From positions 95,809-159,808 of the forward strand of contig CANQCR010000001.1 in assembly GCA_947589735.1 (NCBI GenBank): a DNA stretch of 64,000 nucleotides, in the 5' to 3' direction. The notes under the pieces were generated by a model, which ran no database searches, was not told where the DNA came from, and saw nothing but the letters and a program-made list of their open reading frames with translations. Every line of letters begins with the position of its first letter. The first letter of the stretch is position 1. Made by a program: the position numbers and the translations under genes. Below are positions 18,979-28,961 of the stretch, piece after piece. Source of the DNA: an uncultured Bacilli bacterium. GTDB lineage: Bacteria > Bacillota_I > Bacilli_A > RF39 > UBA660.

Positions 18979-21042
18979 TTAATTCATACTATTTTTATAA
19001 TAAAAAGATTTTTTATTTAAAACTATTTCGATTCCGCCATCTTGATCCGTTCGAAGAATTTTTGATTTTTTTAAAATGTTTAAAACGCTTTCCTTAGGAT
19101 GATTATAGCGATTATTTAGCCCAACACTTATAATGGCATAACAAGGATTTATAGCGCTAACGAAGGATGATGAGGTTGATGTATCTGAACCATGATGTCC
19201 CACCTTTAAAAAGGTAATATTATTTAAATTATATTTTTTTATAATATCAATTTCCCTATTAACTCCAGCATCACCCATAAACAAAAAAGAATAACGACCT
19301 ACCTTAAAATAAATGACATTAGAATTATCGTTCTCATTATCATATAACCCGGTATTTAAAAAGATAAGCTGGTAAGATTTTTTCTTAATTGTTTTCGCAC
19401 CCTTAAAATAATTTATTTTAGCTTGCTTTAAATTATCAATTAAGCCTCGTTCTAATAAGTTATCTTCACCTTGATTAAAAATGACATTAGCAACCTTAAA
19501 ATGCTTAACTAAATATTCCATCCCACCAATATGATCATAATCACCATGGGTTAAGATAACATAATCTAATTTATGAACACCCAAAGCTTTTAAAGTGGGT
19601 ATCGTAATATATTCACTTACATTATAAGTATTATCACGTGATAACTTATTAGCGCAATCAATTAAAATGTTTCCTCCGTTATGTGGAAGTCTAATTAGAG
19701 TTGTATCGCCTTGTCCTACATTTAAAATATTAATAATAACGCTCGTATTTAGATAACTAAAATGATAATGAATAAAAACTAAAGAAACAAGGATTAACCA
19801 AGAATGATATTTTTTTCTAATAAGACCTTGGATGACAAAATAGATGACTATATAATAAATTAACATTGCCCACAAGGACATATGACATAAGGGTATATTT
19901 ATAGCGTATCTACTAGTTAAAAGTGATAATTTTTCCATAAAAGTAATTACAAAGTTAAAAAGTCCTGCTAAAGGAGGAAAAACAAAATATAGGAGAGTCA
20001 AAGGAAAGACAATAAAAGAAATAAGGGGAATAAAGATAATATTTAAAAATGGCGTTAAAAGATTAAGTGAAAAATAACTATTAACAACTAAAGGTATACT
20101 CGCAAGAAATGAGATTAAAGATGTCATTAAAACTTTAAGAAAATAATTATGATACTGACTAGCAATATAACCAAAACGAATTAAGCTATACGATATCGTA
20201 TAACTAAAAAGGAAACCATTATTATAGATAAAATAAGGATTATAAATAATGTTAACGCTAAAAAGATATAACAAAAGATAATCGGTTTTAATGCCTAATT
20301 TAAATTGCTTATTTAAAAGGCATAGTATAAATAGTAAAACAGCTCTAATAATTGATGGATTATAACTAGTTAAATCCATATATAAAAGAAGGAAAAGCAT
20401 AGTTATTACATTAATAATATTATCCTTTTTAAAAAACTTATGTAAGATAAAATAAATAATAGCTACAAGGAGAGTCACATGCATACCGGATGTAGCAAAT
20501 AAATGACTAATACCATTTACCTTATAACTATTTTTAACTTCCTCAGATATTAAACTATTCTCACCTAAAATAAAAGTTTTTAAATAAGCAATTTGTTCTT
20601 TATCATTTAGATAGTGGATAATTTTATTTTTAATTTTATAGCGTAAAGAGGTATTTTTCTTAATCACGTCTATTTGAAGTGGTTCCATTAAATAATTTAC
20701 TTTTTGACTTCGAAGATAGTTTTGATAATTAAATAAGTAAAAGTTTTCTTGCCCCTCAGGATAGGTTAAATTACCTTGAACTTTAATATTATCCCCTACT
20801 TCAAGGGTGGGAAAAGATGACGCATTTACATAATAACGTATTAAAACATCATCGACCATAAGCGTTATACGATCATCACTACTAGTCATTTTTCTAATTG
20901 TTCCAGTAATGGAAGTATCAGACAATTGATAATCTGTTTTAAAAATATCATTATGAATGATAATGCTTGCGTAAATAATAGATAAAGCAAGGAAAGAATA
21001 AACAAAATATTTAGACGCCAACGCGATCTTTAATTTTTTCAT
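18979..21042 (-). CDS. comEC: Competence DNA uptake channel ComEC
   Basis: GISHLFATSGMHV, metallo-beta-lactamase motifs NVGQGD, LTHGDYDHIGG, LKVGHHGS, YNHP. Confidence 0.93.
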   Translation of the reverse strand: MKKLKIALASKYFVYSFLALSIIYASIIIHNDIFKTDYQLSDTSITGTIRKMTSSDDRITLMVDDVLIRYYVNASSFPTLEVGDNIKVQGNLTYPEGQENFYLFNYQNYLRSQKVNYLMEPLQIDVIKKNTSLRYKIKNKIIHYLNDKEQIAYLKTFILGENSLISEEVKNSYKVNGISHLFATSGMHVTLLVAIIYFILHKFFKKDNIINVITMLFLLLYMDLTSYNPSIIRAVLLFILCLLNKQFKLGIKTDYLLLYLFSVNIIYNPYFIYNNGFLFSYTISYSLIRFGYIASQYHNYFLKVLMTSLISFLASIPLVVNSYFSLNLLTPFLNIIFIPLISFIVFPLTLLYFVFPPLAGLFNFVITFMEKLSLLTSRYAINIPLCHMSLWAMLIYYIVIYFVIQGLIRKKYHSWLILVSLVFIHYHFSYLNTSVIINILNVGQGDTTLIRLPHNGGNILIDCANKLSRDNTYNVSEYITIPTLKALGVHKLDYVILTHGDYDHIGGMEYLVKHFKVANVIFNQGEDNLLERGLIDNLKQAKINYFKGAKTIKKKSYQLIFLNTGLYDNENDNSNVIYFKVGRYSFLFMGDAGVNREIDIIKKYNLNNITFLKVGHHGSDTSTSSSFVSAINPCYAIISVGLNNRYNHPKESVLNILKKSKILRTDQDGGIEIVLNKKSFYYKNSMN

Positions 21043-21661
21043 ACACGGATGATCCAATACCACTTACATTCATAATATCTTCGGGTGTTTTAAAATTACC
21101 GTTCGTCTTTCGATATTCGATAATGCTTTTTGCCTTACTCTCACCAATGCCATCTAAAGTCATTAATTCTTCAAGAGTGGCCGTATTAATATTAACAACT
21201 CCATTTGTTTTCTCATTAGTGTTATCCTTAGAATTATTTAGACAAGTTGTATTATCTAGAGTTGGACAGTTACATGAACTAATCATATATTTAGAAGACG
21301 ATTGTTCTAATTTAAACTCTTTAATTTCATCTTTAGTATAGACCCATATAACCATCTCATCAGTTACTTTCGCACTTAAATTAATATAATTAGTATTAGC
21401 TGTTTTCTTTAAACCCCCAGCTAAGGCGATAACATCATTAACCCTTTTATCGGAATCGACTTCATAAACGCCTGGTTTATTAACCGCCCCTTTAATGTCA
21501 ACTTTATATTTACTAATCTCTTTCGTTTCTTCTTTTATCGTTGGTTCGGTTACTTCTTCTAAAGACTCTACTTCTTCACTCGCCTTAGGCTCTTCATTAA
21601 AAAGAAAGGCTATCCCTCCGATAACTAAAATTAAAAGGCCAATAATAATTTTATTTTTCAT
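21011..21661 (-). CDS. comEA: Competence DNA-binding protein ComEA
   Basis: TM, VDIKGAVNKPGVY (SLBB), VNINTAT..LDGIGESKA (HhH). Confidence 0.93.
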   Translation of the reverse strand: MKNKIIIGLLILVIGGIAFLFNEEPKASEEVESLEEVTEPTIKEETKEISKYKVDIKGAVNKPGVYEVDSDKRVNDVIALAGGLKKTANTNYINLSAKVTDEMVIWVYTKDEIKEFKLEQSSSKYMISSCNCPTLDNTTCLNNSKDNTNEKTNGVVNINTATLEELMTLDGIGESKAKSIIEYRKTNGNFKTPEDIMNVSGIGSSVYEKIKDRVGV

Positions 21662-21763
21662 ATTTCACCCCCCTATTAAATTATTATTGAAAAGATATCG
21701 CTTTCCTTTTTCTTTTTAATAAAAAATGCGATATAATTAAAATAAGATACTAAGGAGGATTAT

Positions 21764-23536
21764 ATGTGTGGAATCATCGGAATTAAAAGTAGCGATAATG
21801 ACGTTATCAAAAAGACACTTAATTGTCTTCATCACCTAGAATATCGAGGTTATGACTCATCAGGAATTGCTTACCTCGATCACGATAAAATTAAAATTAT
21901 CAAAAAGAAAGGTCGCATCAGCGACTTAGAAGAAAAAATAGATTTTTCTTGTGAAACTAATTTAGCGATTGCGCACACCAGATGGGCCACTAATGGGAAA
22001 GCAAATGATACTAATGCGCATCCACATCATATGGGTCAGGTTACCCTCGTTCATAATGGTATTATTGAAAATGCCGCCATCTTAAAAAAAGAATTAGAAA
22101 AGAAAAATTACCATTTTAAATCAGATACCGATACGGAAGTCATAGCGGCCCTTTTAGATGATATGGTTAACCAAACACATGATAAAATGGAAGCTTTAAA
22201 GGAACTTAAAACAAAATTAGTAGGAAGTTATGCCTTAGGAATACTTTTTGATAATGATGATGCATTATACGCTGTTAAAAAAGATAGCCCCCTTATTTTA
22301 GGACTAGATACTAATAGTTATTTTATCGCTTCAGATGTTCCGGCTATTTTAGATTATACAAATAAATATATTGTGTTAGAAGATAATGATATCGTTAAAA
22401 TCGATACTACATATCATATCTACCCAGAGCAAGCATCAAGAAAAATACATCACTTTACTTCTTCTTATAGTTTAGATGATAAAGATGGATTCGCTCATTA
22501 CATGTTAAAAGAAATTAACGAACAACCAGGAATTATCTATCACCTTCTATCAAAATATCTAAAAAATGATTTAATCGATCTTCCTGATTTAACAATTTAT
22601 CAACAAATTGATATCGTTGGGTGTGGTTCTGCATATCACACCGCCCTTGTTGCTAAAACACTTTTTGAAGAATATAGCGATACCAAAGTTTCAGCCTATG
22701 TTGCTAGTGAATATCGCTATCAAAAAAACTTTTATAGTTCAAATAGTATTGTTATTTTTATCTCTCAATCAGGTGAAACAGCCGATACGCTAGCTTGTGT
22801 TAGACAAGTTAAAGAAAAAGGGATACCTTCTTTAGCCATTGTCAATACCATATCATCTAGTATTGCTAGAGAATGTGATAATGTTATCTATCTAGAAGCT
22901 GGTCCAGAAATAGCGGTAGCAACAACGAAAGCTTATACAGCTCAAATAACCATTTTATCACTTCTCGCTTTAAAAATATCCTACCAAAAAGGATTAATAA
23001 CTAACTTAGATTCCATAAAAAAAGACATACGTCATATCAAAGAGGTACTTATCCATCTTATTAATGATATTAACTATATTAAGATTGCTAAAAAGATTTA
23101 TCAAAGACGGGATATCTTCTTTATCGGGCGACTAATCGACTATGCTATAGCTCTAGAGGGTTCTTTAAAATTAAAAGAAATATCCTATATTCATAGTGAA
23201 ACATACCCGGCTGGTGAATTAAAACATGGAACCATTTCTTTAATTGAAGATGGTAGTCCCGTTATTTCGGTTATAACTTATGATAAAATAATTGATAAAA
23301 CCATTAGTAATATTGAGGAAGTAAAAGCAAGGGGTGCTTATAATATTGTCTTAACTAATCAAAACATTACTTCCAAAGCCTTTGATTATGTTATCCAAAT
23401 TCCTAAAGTTAATGCTTTTCTTAATCCCATTATAACGATTATTCCTTTACAACTACTAGCCTATTACGTCGCAAGATTAAATGGTTGTGATATTGATAAA
23501 CCACGTAATCTAGCTAAATCAGTAACAGTTGAATAA
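21764..23536 (+). CDS. glmS: Glutamine--fructose-6-phosphate aminotransferase
   Basis: MCGIIG, LEYRGYDSSG, HTRWAT, SQSGETAD, PRNLAKSVTVE. Confidence 0.97.
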   Translation: MCGIIGIKSSDNDVIKKTLNCLHHLEYRGYDSSGIAYLDHDKIKIIKKKGRISDLEEKIDFSCETNLAIAHTRWATNGKANDTNAHPHHMGQVTLVHNGIIENAAILKKELEKKNYHFKSDTDTEVIAALLDDMVNQTHDKMEALKELKTKLVGSYALGILFDNDDALYAVKKDSPLILGLDTNSYFIASDVPAILDYTNKYIVLEDNDIVKIDTTYHIYPEQASRKIHHFTSSYSLDDKDGFAHYMLKEINEQPGIIYHLLSKYLKNDLIDLPDLTIYQQIDIVGCGSAYHTALVAKTLFEEYSDTKVSAYVASEYRYQKNFYSSNSIVIFISQSGETADTLACVRQVKEKGIPSLAIVNTISSSIARECDNVIYLEAGPEIAVATTKAYTAQITILSLLALKISYQKGLITNLDSIKKDIRHIKEVLIHLINDINYIKIAKKIYQRRDIFFIGRLIDYAIALEGSLKLKEISYIHSETYPAGELKHGTISLIEDGSPVISVITYDKIIDKTISNIEEVKARGAYNIVLTNQNITSKAFDYVIQIPKVNAFLNPIITIIPLQLLAYYVARLNGCDIDKPRNLAKSVTVE

Positions 23537-23564
23537 AAAAAGAAATACGTAAAATGTATTTCTT

Positions 23565-24374
23565 TTATTTTTTCTCACGCTTAATTAGCTTAGCATGTAA
23601 AACAATTTTATCAGTATCATTATGACAAGTTGATAATGTAATAATTTTATCATTAGCTGTTAAGTTAACTTTATAATTATAGACACTTCTATTTTTTAAT
23701 TTATTTAGAAAAGCTAAATATTCTTCATCATCACTAAAATCAATTTGTAAATAATCATTCGTCGTTTTAATGCGATAAGTACTAAAGACTTGCCACAAAG
23801 TATTTTCCGTTTCAGTTGATATTTTAACAATATGGTTATCTTTGTTAGAATACCAACTCTTTTTAACTGTTTCTCGTAAAGAGCCAAACATTGTTTTATT
23901 AACTCGACCATGACCATAAAGAATGGTATTTTTATCATAATCTTTTTTATTATTACGGTAATCCATAAAGATCCAGCCCGCTGTATTATACGTACGATCG
24001 AATTGGTGCGTTAAATAATATTTGTTATCTTTCGTTTGAACAAAAGGATAATTGACATTGGTACCGGCTACTTGAATCCAACCGACAACTTCTTTATTCT
24101 TTTTTTTAAGCTCACTGAAATCGACATCAATTAAGTTAACCTTAATGTAATCCCAATAGGGATCGGCCTTATCTTTAACAGGATTAACAACTTCCGTCGC
24201 TAGCGTATCCTCTTTTTCGTAAACTTCCGTATCTTGTTCAATCTCTTCAGTTTGATCTTCAATCTTTTGGTTTTCTTTTTCCCATGTTAGAATATGCCAT
24301 CCTGAATATACTAGTAAGAACAAACAAGCACATACATCAAAGAAAAAAACTATTTTAGCTATTTTCTTTTTCAT
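23565..24374 (-). CDS. Class B sortase
   Basis: N-terminal TM, VGWIQVAGTNVNYPFVQ, NTILYGH, ITLSTC; the canonical Arg position reads K (DKIVLHAK). Confidence 0.85.
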   Translation of the reverse strand: MKKKIAKIVFFFDVCACLFLLVYSGWHILTWEKENQKIEDQTEEIEQDTEVYEKEDTLATEVVNPVKDKADPYWDYIKVNLIDVDFSELKKKNKEVVGWIQVAGTNVNYPFVQTKDNKYYLTHQFDRTYNTAGWIFMDYRNNKKDYDKNTILYGHGRVNKTMFGSLRETVKKSWYSNKDNHIVKISTETENTLWQVFSTYRIKTTNDYLQIDFSDDEEYLAFLNKLKNRSVYNYKVNLTANDKIITLSTCHNDTDKIVLHAKLIKREKK

Positions 24375-24389
24375 AAGTCACCTCTTTAG

Positions 24390-26792
24390 TTATTTTTTCT
24401 TATCGTCGGTTGTTTTATGCGTTTTATTTTCTAGATTAACAACTAACTCACCATCAACTTCGTCGCCACTTTTAATACTCTGACTAACAACATATCCATA
24501 ACCATTAATAGTAAGTGGAATATGAGCCATATCGGCATACTTGATAACTTCACTTCGTGCCCAATTTTTCATATTTGGCATCAGATTATTTTCACCATTA
24601 GTTAATAGGAAAACTTTATCGCCCGTTAAAACCGTCGCCTTCGCTTTTGGGTATTGGTCAATTACTTTATCACCATCACCGATTAAAATAACCTTTAAGC
24701 CATCTTTTTCTAGTTCGTTTTTAACACTTATCGTATTAGAACTTGTATAAGACGCTAAAGAATATTTTTGGATGTTAACATCTTCTTCCGTATCAGTAAA
24801 CATATTACGATATTTAGCAACATTTTTTAAAACATCAACGACATATGGATAAGTTACATAAGACAAGTATGTCCTTGGTTTTTTAATCGCTGTATATATG
24901 ATAATTTCGGGGTCTTCAAACGGAAACATTCCCGCAAAAGATACAATATAATTACTATTACCGGTTAAGTATTTACCATTTTCAGCAATCTGAGCAGTAC
25001 CTGTTTTACCGATGACATGGAAGTTTTTAATATTGTAATAACGACCAGTGGCGTGTTTAAAATTGACATTATCATACATCAATTGTTTAACAGTTGCAAC
25101 TGCTTCACTACTTGCAACCCGGTCCGTTACTTCGGTTTTGGTTTCAGTGACCTCACCCGTATTACGATCAACAACCTTTTTAATGATGTGTGGTTTTACA
25201 ATATGGCCATCATTTGCAATAATGCTTAAGGCTTGAAGTTGTTGAATAGCCGTTGTTGTTAGGCCCTGACCAAAACTAACACTTAACCAATCGACATCGA
25301 CATTTTCATTAAATTTAACCGTACCGGCTAATTCTTGACTAAGTTCAATACCGGTTTTGGCACCAAAGCCATAAGATTTAAGACAAGCTTTTAATTTTGA
25401 TGGCGTTAAATAATCCTGAGCAACATGAATGGCTCCAACGTTACTAGAATAAGTAAAACCTAGATTATAAGAAATATTACCCCAACCATTTTTATTCCAG
25501 TCATTAACTTTCGTATCACCTATTTTAATAGAACCCGATCTATACTTTTTCTCACCATCATAATTGCCAGTATCAGCCGCACATAAATAAGTATAAATCT
25601 TCATAACACTACCAGGTTCATATCCATAGGAAACAAGGGGATTTTGGTAACTCATATCGCTAGATAAACTATTAGGATCAAAACTAGGACTAGTAGCGCT
25701 ACCTAAAATCTCCCCGGTTTTGGCATCCATAACCGCCATGATCATCCATTCTGAACCCCAGTCTTTAACTTCTTCTTTAACAGCTGTTTCAAGGAAACGT
25801 TGAATATTTGAATCAATCGTTAGATAAACATCCTTACCATCAATGGGTTCCACTCTTTCTTCTGGCGTATCGGGAATGCGGTAACCAGATGGATCTCTTT
25901 GATAAGTTAAACTACCATTCGTACCACGCAATTCGGAATTGAACTTACTTTCAATTCCCAACTCCCCTTCGGTTACTATATCAGTTCTAGTTGATACATC
26001 ATTTTTAACGACATTTAAAATACCTCTAACTAAAGGCGCACCCGTTTCTGCTACCGAAAGTTGATAAAAAGTACTACCAACTTTAATAGCCTTAATTGTT
26101 GCTCCATTATCTGCAACAATATCTTCATTATAGATAGTTAGTTTAACATCTTTATAACGACTATAATAACTAGAATAATAATCTTTCAAATCAAAATCTT
26201 CTTTTAACTTAAGATTGATTCGTGGATATTCTCTTGCATAACCAATGATATATGAAGCAAATTGACCATTAGGATAAAAACGTTTCGTCGATTCAATAAA
26301 ATCAATACCCGGTAGGTCTAAGTTTTCAATTTCAATTTTCTTTAATTCGGTTAATTTTGATCCATAAATACCAAACTCAACTTGGTATAAGTTTTGGTTT
26401 AAACGTTCTAAGATATAATCATATGGAGCATCTAAAACTTCAGATAATTTTTGAGCCGTCATTTCTTTGTTAACAACGTGATGCGGATTATTTATATTCG
26501 TTGTTTTAGATGGGCTTAAATAAGCGATTAAGGTATAAGATGTAACGGTCGTCGCTAAAATATTTTCTTCACTATCATAGATTGTTCCACGATTAGCAAT
26601 TAAATCAGTTGAAACCGTTGTTCGACTAGCCGCGATTTGTTTTAAATCATCGCCATATACCTTTGGTGATAAACTGATATAGGCAAACTGAACTAAAAGC
26701 GCAAATAAAAAAAACAAATAAACAAGAAGTACGCGTTTTGGTACTATCCAGTTACGAGTAACCGTCATACTTTTCTTCCTTATTCGTTTCAT
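24390..26792 (-). CDS. pbpB: Class B penicillin-binding protein (PBP2B/FtsI-type) with PASTA domains
   Basis: RGTIYD, RFYPNG, EPGSVMK (SxxK), SSN, KTGTAQ, two PASTA domains; follows ftsL. Confidence 0.88.
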   Translation of the reverse strand: MKRIRKKSMTVTRNWIVPKRVLLVYLFFLFALLVQFAYISLSPKVYGDDLKQIAASRTTVSTDLIANRGTIYDSEENILATTVTSYTLIAYLSPSKTTNINNPHHVVNKEMTAQKLSEVLDAPYDYILERLNQNLYQVEFGIYGSKLTELKKIEIENLDLPGIDFIESTKRFYPNGQFASYIIGYAREYPRINLKLKEDFDLKDYYSSYYSRYKDVKLTIYNEDIVADNGATIKAIKVGSTFYQLSVAETGAPLVRGILNVVKNDVSTRTDIVTEGELGIESKFNSELRGTNGSLTYQRDPSGYRIPDTPEERVEPIDGKDVYLTIDSNIQRFLETAVKEEVKDWGSEWMIMAVMDAKTGEILGSATSPSFDPNSLSSDMSYQNPLVSYGYEPGSVMKIYTYLCAADTGNYDGEKKYRSGSIKIGDTKVNDWNKNGWGNISYNLGFTYSSNVGAIHVAQDYLTPSKLKACLKSYGFGAKTGIELSQELAGTVKFNENVDVDWLSVSFGQGLTTTAIQQLQALSIIANDGHIVKPHIIKKVVDRNTGEVTETKTEVTDRVASSEAVATVKQLMYDNVNFKHATGRYYNIKNFHVIGKTGTAQIAENGKYLTGNSNYIVSFAGMFPFEDPEIIIYTAIKKPRTYLSYVTYPYVVDVLKNVAKYRNMFTDTEEDVNIQKYSLASYTSSNTISVKNELEKDGLKVILIGDGDKVIDQYPKAKATVLTGDKVFLLTNGENNLMPNMKNWARSEVIKYADMAHIPLTINGYGYVVSQSIKSGDEVDGELVVNLENKTHKTTDDKKK

Positions 26793-26820
26793 ACTATCAC
26801 CATTTTAATTATAACATAGT

Positions 26821-27114
26821 TTATTTATTAATAACAACAATATTTTTATTGTTATAAGCTAGTCCCATATCGGCAATTGCCGCACTAACATTATTGTAAG
26901 AAGTAAGTTCATTTAACTGCATTGTAAGTGATTCATTTTTCTTCTCTTGATTTTCAATTCGATATTCAATCTTTTCAATATTAAGTTTCGTATTACTAAT
27001 CTGAGCGCCAAAGAAGATTTGGATAGCAAATAGCCCTACAACACACATAATCATAATAAACATTAGAAACTTTTCTTCGCGATTAAATTTAGCTTTTCTT
27101 TTAGGTTTCTTCAT
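26821..27114 (-). CDS. ftsL: Cell division protein FtsL
   Basis: Basic N-terminus, single TM, coiled coil, A..MGL end; lies between rsmH and pbp. Confidence 0.8.
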   Translation of the reverse strand: MKKPKRKAKFNREEKFLMFIMIMCVVGLFAIQIFFGAQISNTKLNIEKIEYRIENQEKKNESLTMQLNELTSYNNVSAAIADMGLAYNNKNIVVINK

Positions 27115-27115
27115 C

Positions 27116-28024
27116 CTATCTAATCCTCTCTATCACTCTTAACTTCGCACTTCGCGCTCTTGGATTTTTATTTACTTCTTCCAAAGAAGGCTCTAACACC
27201 TTAACCATTTTATATTTGCTTTGATACTCTAATGGAACAACGGGTAAATCTTTTAATTCCGGATTTACTTTCGTAACCTTATTAAAGACGTCTTTGCATA
27301 CTTTATCTTCAAGTGAATGAAAACTTATGACGCATATTCTTCCCCCAACTTTAAGGAGGTCTAAAGCATCCGTCAAACTTTTTTCCAAGACATTTAACTC
27401 ATCATTAACTTCAATTCTAATAGCTTGAAAAACTTTCCTGGCCGGATGCTTCTCACGACGATATTTCAAAGGAACATTATTTTTGATGACTTCGGCAAGT
27501 TCCAAAGTCGTCGTTATGGGACGAGATGCGATGATGCCTTTGGCAATCATCGGCGCAAACTTCTCCTCTCCATATTTATAAAAAATGTTAACTAACTCTT
27601 CATATGAATAATTATTTACGACTTCATAGGCGCTCAAAGGATTATCTTGATTCATCCGCATATCTAATTTGGCATCGCGATGAAAACTAAATCCTCTTTC
27701 ATCTTCATCTAGTTGCGGACTAGAAACACCTAAATCATATAAAATACCATCAACTTCGCTAACACCTCTATTAGCTAACTCATCTTTGAGATAGCAGAAA
27801 TTACTATTAATAATTTCATAGTTAGAAGCAATTTTATCTAAACGCTTTAAACTATAATTGATAGCTTCTTTATCTTGATCAAATGCATATAAGCATCCCT
27901 CGGGAATAAGTTTTAATATTTCACTACTATGACCACCATAGCCTAAAGTACAATCGACGATAAGACTATCTTCTTTAAGATTTAAATATTTTAAACATTC
28001 CTCTAATAGAACACTGATGTGCAT
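27116..28024 (-). CDS. rsmH: 16S rRNA m4C1402 methyltransferase
   Basis: HISVLL, DCTLGYGGHS, DLGVSSPQLD, FQAIRIEVNDEL, ISFHSLED, NPRARSAKLR. Confidence 0.96.
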   Translation of the reverse strand: MHISVLLEECLKYLNLKEDSLIVDCTLGYGGHSSEILKLIPEGCLYAFDQDKEAINYSLKRLDKIASNYEIINSNFCYLKDELANRGVSEVDGILYDLGVSSPQLDEDERGFSFHRDAKLDMRMNQDNPLSAYEVVNNYSYEELVNIFYKYGEEKFAPMIAKGIIASRPITTTLELAEVIKNNVPLKYRREKHPARKVFQAIRIEVNDELNVLEKSLTDALDLLKVGGRICVISFHSLEDKVCKDVFNKVTKVNPELKDLPVVPLEYQSKYKMVKVLEPSLEEVNKNPRARSAKLRVIERIR

Positions 28025-28032
28025 ATATCCCC

Positions 28033-28455
28033 CTAAATCGTAAATAGTGTATCAGCGATATCTGATAATTTATTTTCGTTTTCATTGATAAAGATATCCC
28101 ATTCTTCTTTACTCCATATTTCCAAACGTTCATCAACACCAATGATTAAACAATCTTTTTCTAATTTAGCATATTCTACTAATGGTGATGGAATATTAAC
28201 TCTACCTTGGGCATCAATCTCGCAGTTGATTGCTCCGGATAAGAAGATACGCATGAAATAGCGTTTATCACGTGTATCCGGAATATCTTTGTATTTAGCA
28301 ATAATTAATTCCCAGTTCTTTTTTGGATAGACATAAAGGCATCCTTCCAAGCCTCTTGTCATATAAAAATCACTGCCTAATTCGTCGCGGAGTTTAGAAG
28401 GAATAATGATTCTACCCTTACTATCGATTGTATGTCGATACTCACCCATAAACAT
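28033..28455 (-). CDS. mraZ: dcw transcriptional repressor MraZ
   Basis: MFMGEY.H.IDSKGR, DAQGRVNIP, RLEIW. Confidence 0.95.
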   Translation of the reverse strand: MFMGEYRHTIDSKGRIIIPSKLRDELGSDFYMTRGLEGCLYVYPKKNWELIIAKYKDIPDTRDKRYFMRIFLSGAINCEIDAQGRVNIPSPLVEYAKLEKDCLIIGVDERLEIWSKEEWDIFINENENKLSDIADTLFTI

Positions 28456-28464
28456 AGAAATCAC

Positions 28465-28498
28465 CCACTTTGCTCCACTTTATTCCACCTATCACCAC
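28465..28498 (-). promoter_or_regulatory. MraZ-binding boxes: four GTGG repeats with 10-bp period
   Basis: CCAC on the + strand at 28465, 28475, 28485 and 28495, directly upstream of mraZ. Confidence 0.85.
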
Positions 28499-28589
28499 TA
28501 TTGTATAATAAAAACTCCCCCTTTGTAAATAGTTTTTACCATCTTTTTAAAATTTTGTGTCAAATATGTAAAAAAAGAGGTCGCCCTCT

Positions 28590-28742
28590 TTATATAATAT
28601 ATGACCCAACAATGATTGCTAAAAGAATGTATAAAACGATAACAAGAACGAAACTAGATACACCCCCATTATAGTTACTACCCTTCTTTACGCAATTGGT
28701 TTCGGTCACTTCTCTTTTTTTGGTGCATTCGTTGCAAGACAT
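28590..28742 (-). CDS. YjcZ/SscA-family small sporulation membrane peptide (50 aa)
   Basis: Manual translation MSCNECTKKREVTETNCVKKGSNYNGGVSSFVLVIVLYILLAIIVGSYII; AAGGAGG RBS. Confidence 0.8.
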   Translation of the reverse strand: MSCNECTKKREVTETNCVKKGSNYNGGVSSFVLVIVLYILLAIIVGSYII

Positions 28743-28753
28743 ATGCTACCTCC

Positions 28754-28840
28754 TTAAATCCAAGCTCCAAGTATAATTATTAAAAGAATAAATAATACTA
28801 AAACGATTGCTGCTGAAGATACTGAAGAATTACAATTCAT
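28754..28840 (-). CDS. YjcZ/SscA-family small sporulation membrane peptide (28 aa)
   Basis: Manual translation MNCNSSVSSAAIVLVLFILLIIILGAWI (LFILLIII signature); AAGGAGG RBS; CAC-16-CATAAAAT upstream. Confidence 0.8.
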   Translation of the reverse strand: MNCNSSVSSAAIVLVLFILLIIILGAWI

Positions 28841-28961
28841 AAAAAACATTCCTCCTTTTTGTCTTTTCAAAACTATTTTATGAAGTTTTGATGAATATGT
28901 GATTAAATGATTGAATTTTGTTTAAATATTTGTTATTATAACTTTAGAAAGGATTGATATA

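Noticed and set aside
21662-21763. Possible glmS ribozyme
   Set aside because: The intergenic region is only about 100 bp, AT-rich and shared with the comEA promoter; the -10 lies about 25 nt before the ATG; no ribozyme core is visible.
28432-28674. 80-aa plus-strand ORF
   Set aside because: Overlaps the mraZ start, the MraZ boxes and the YjcZ-like peptide on the opposite strand; no RBS.
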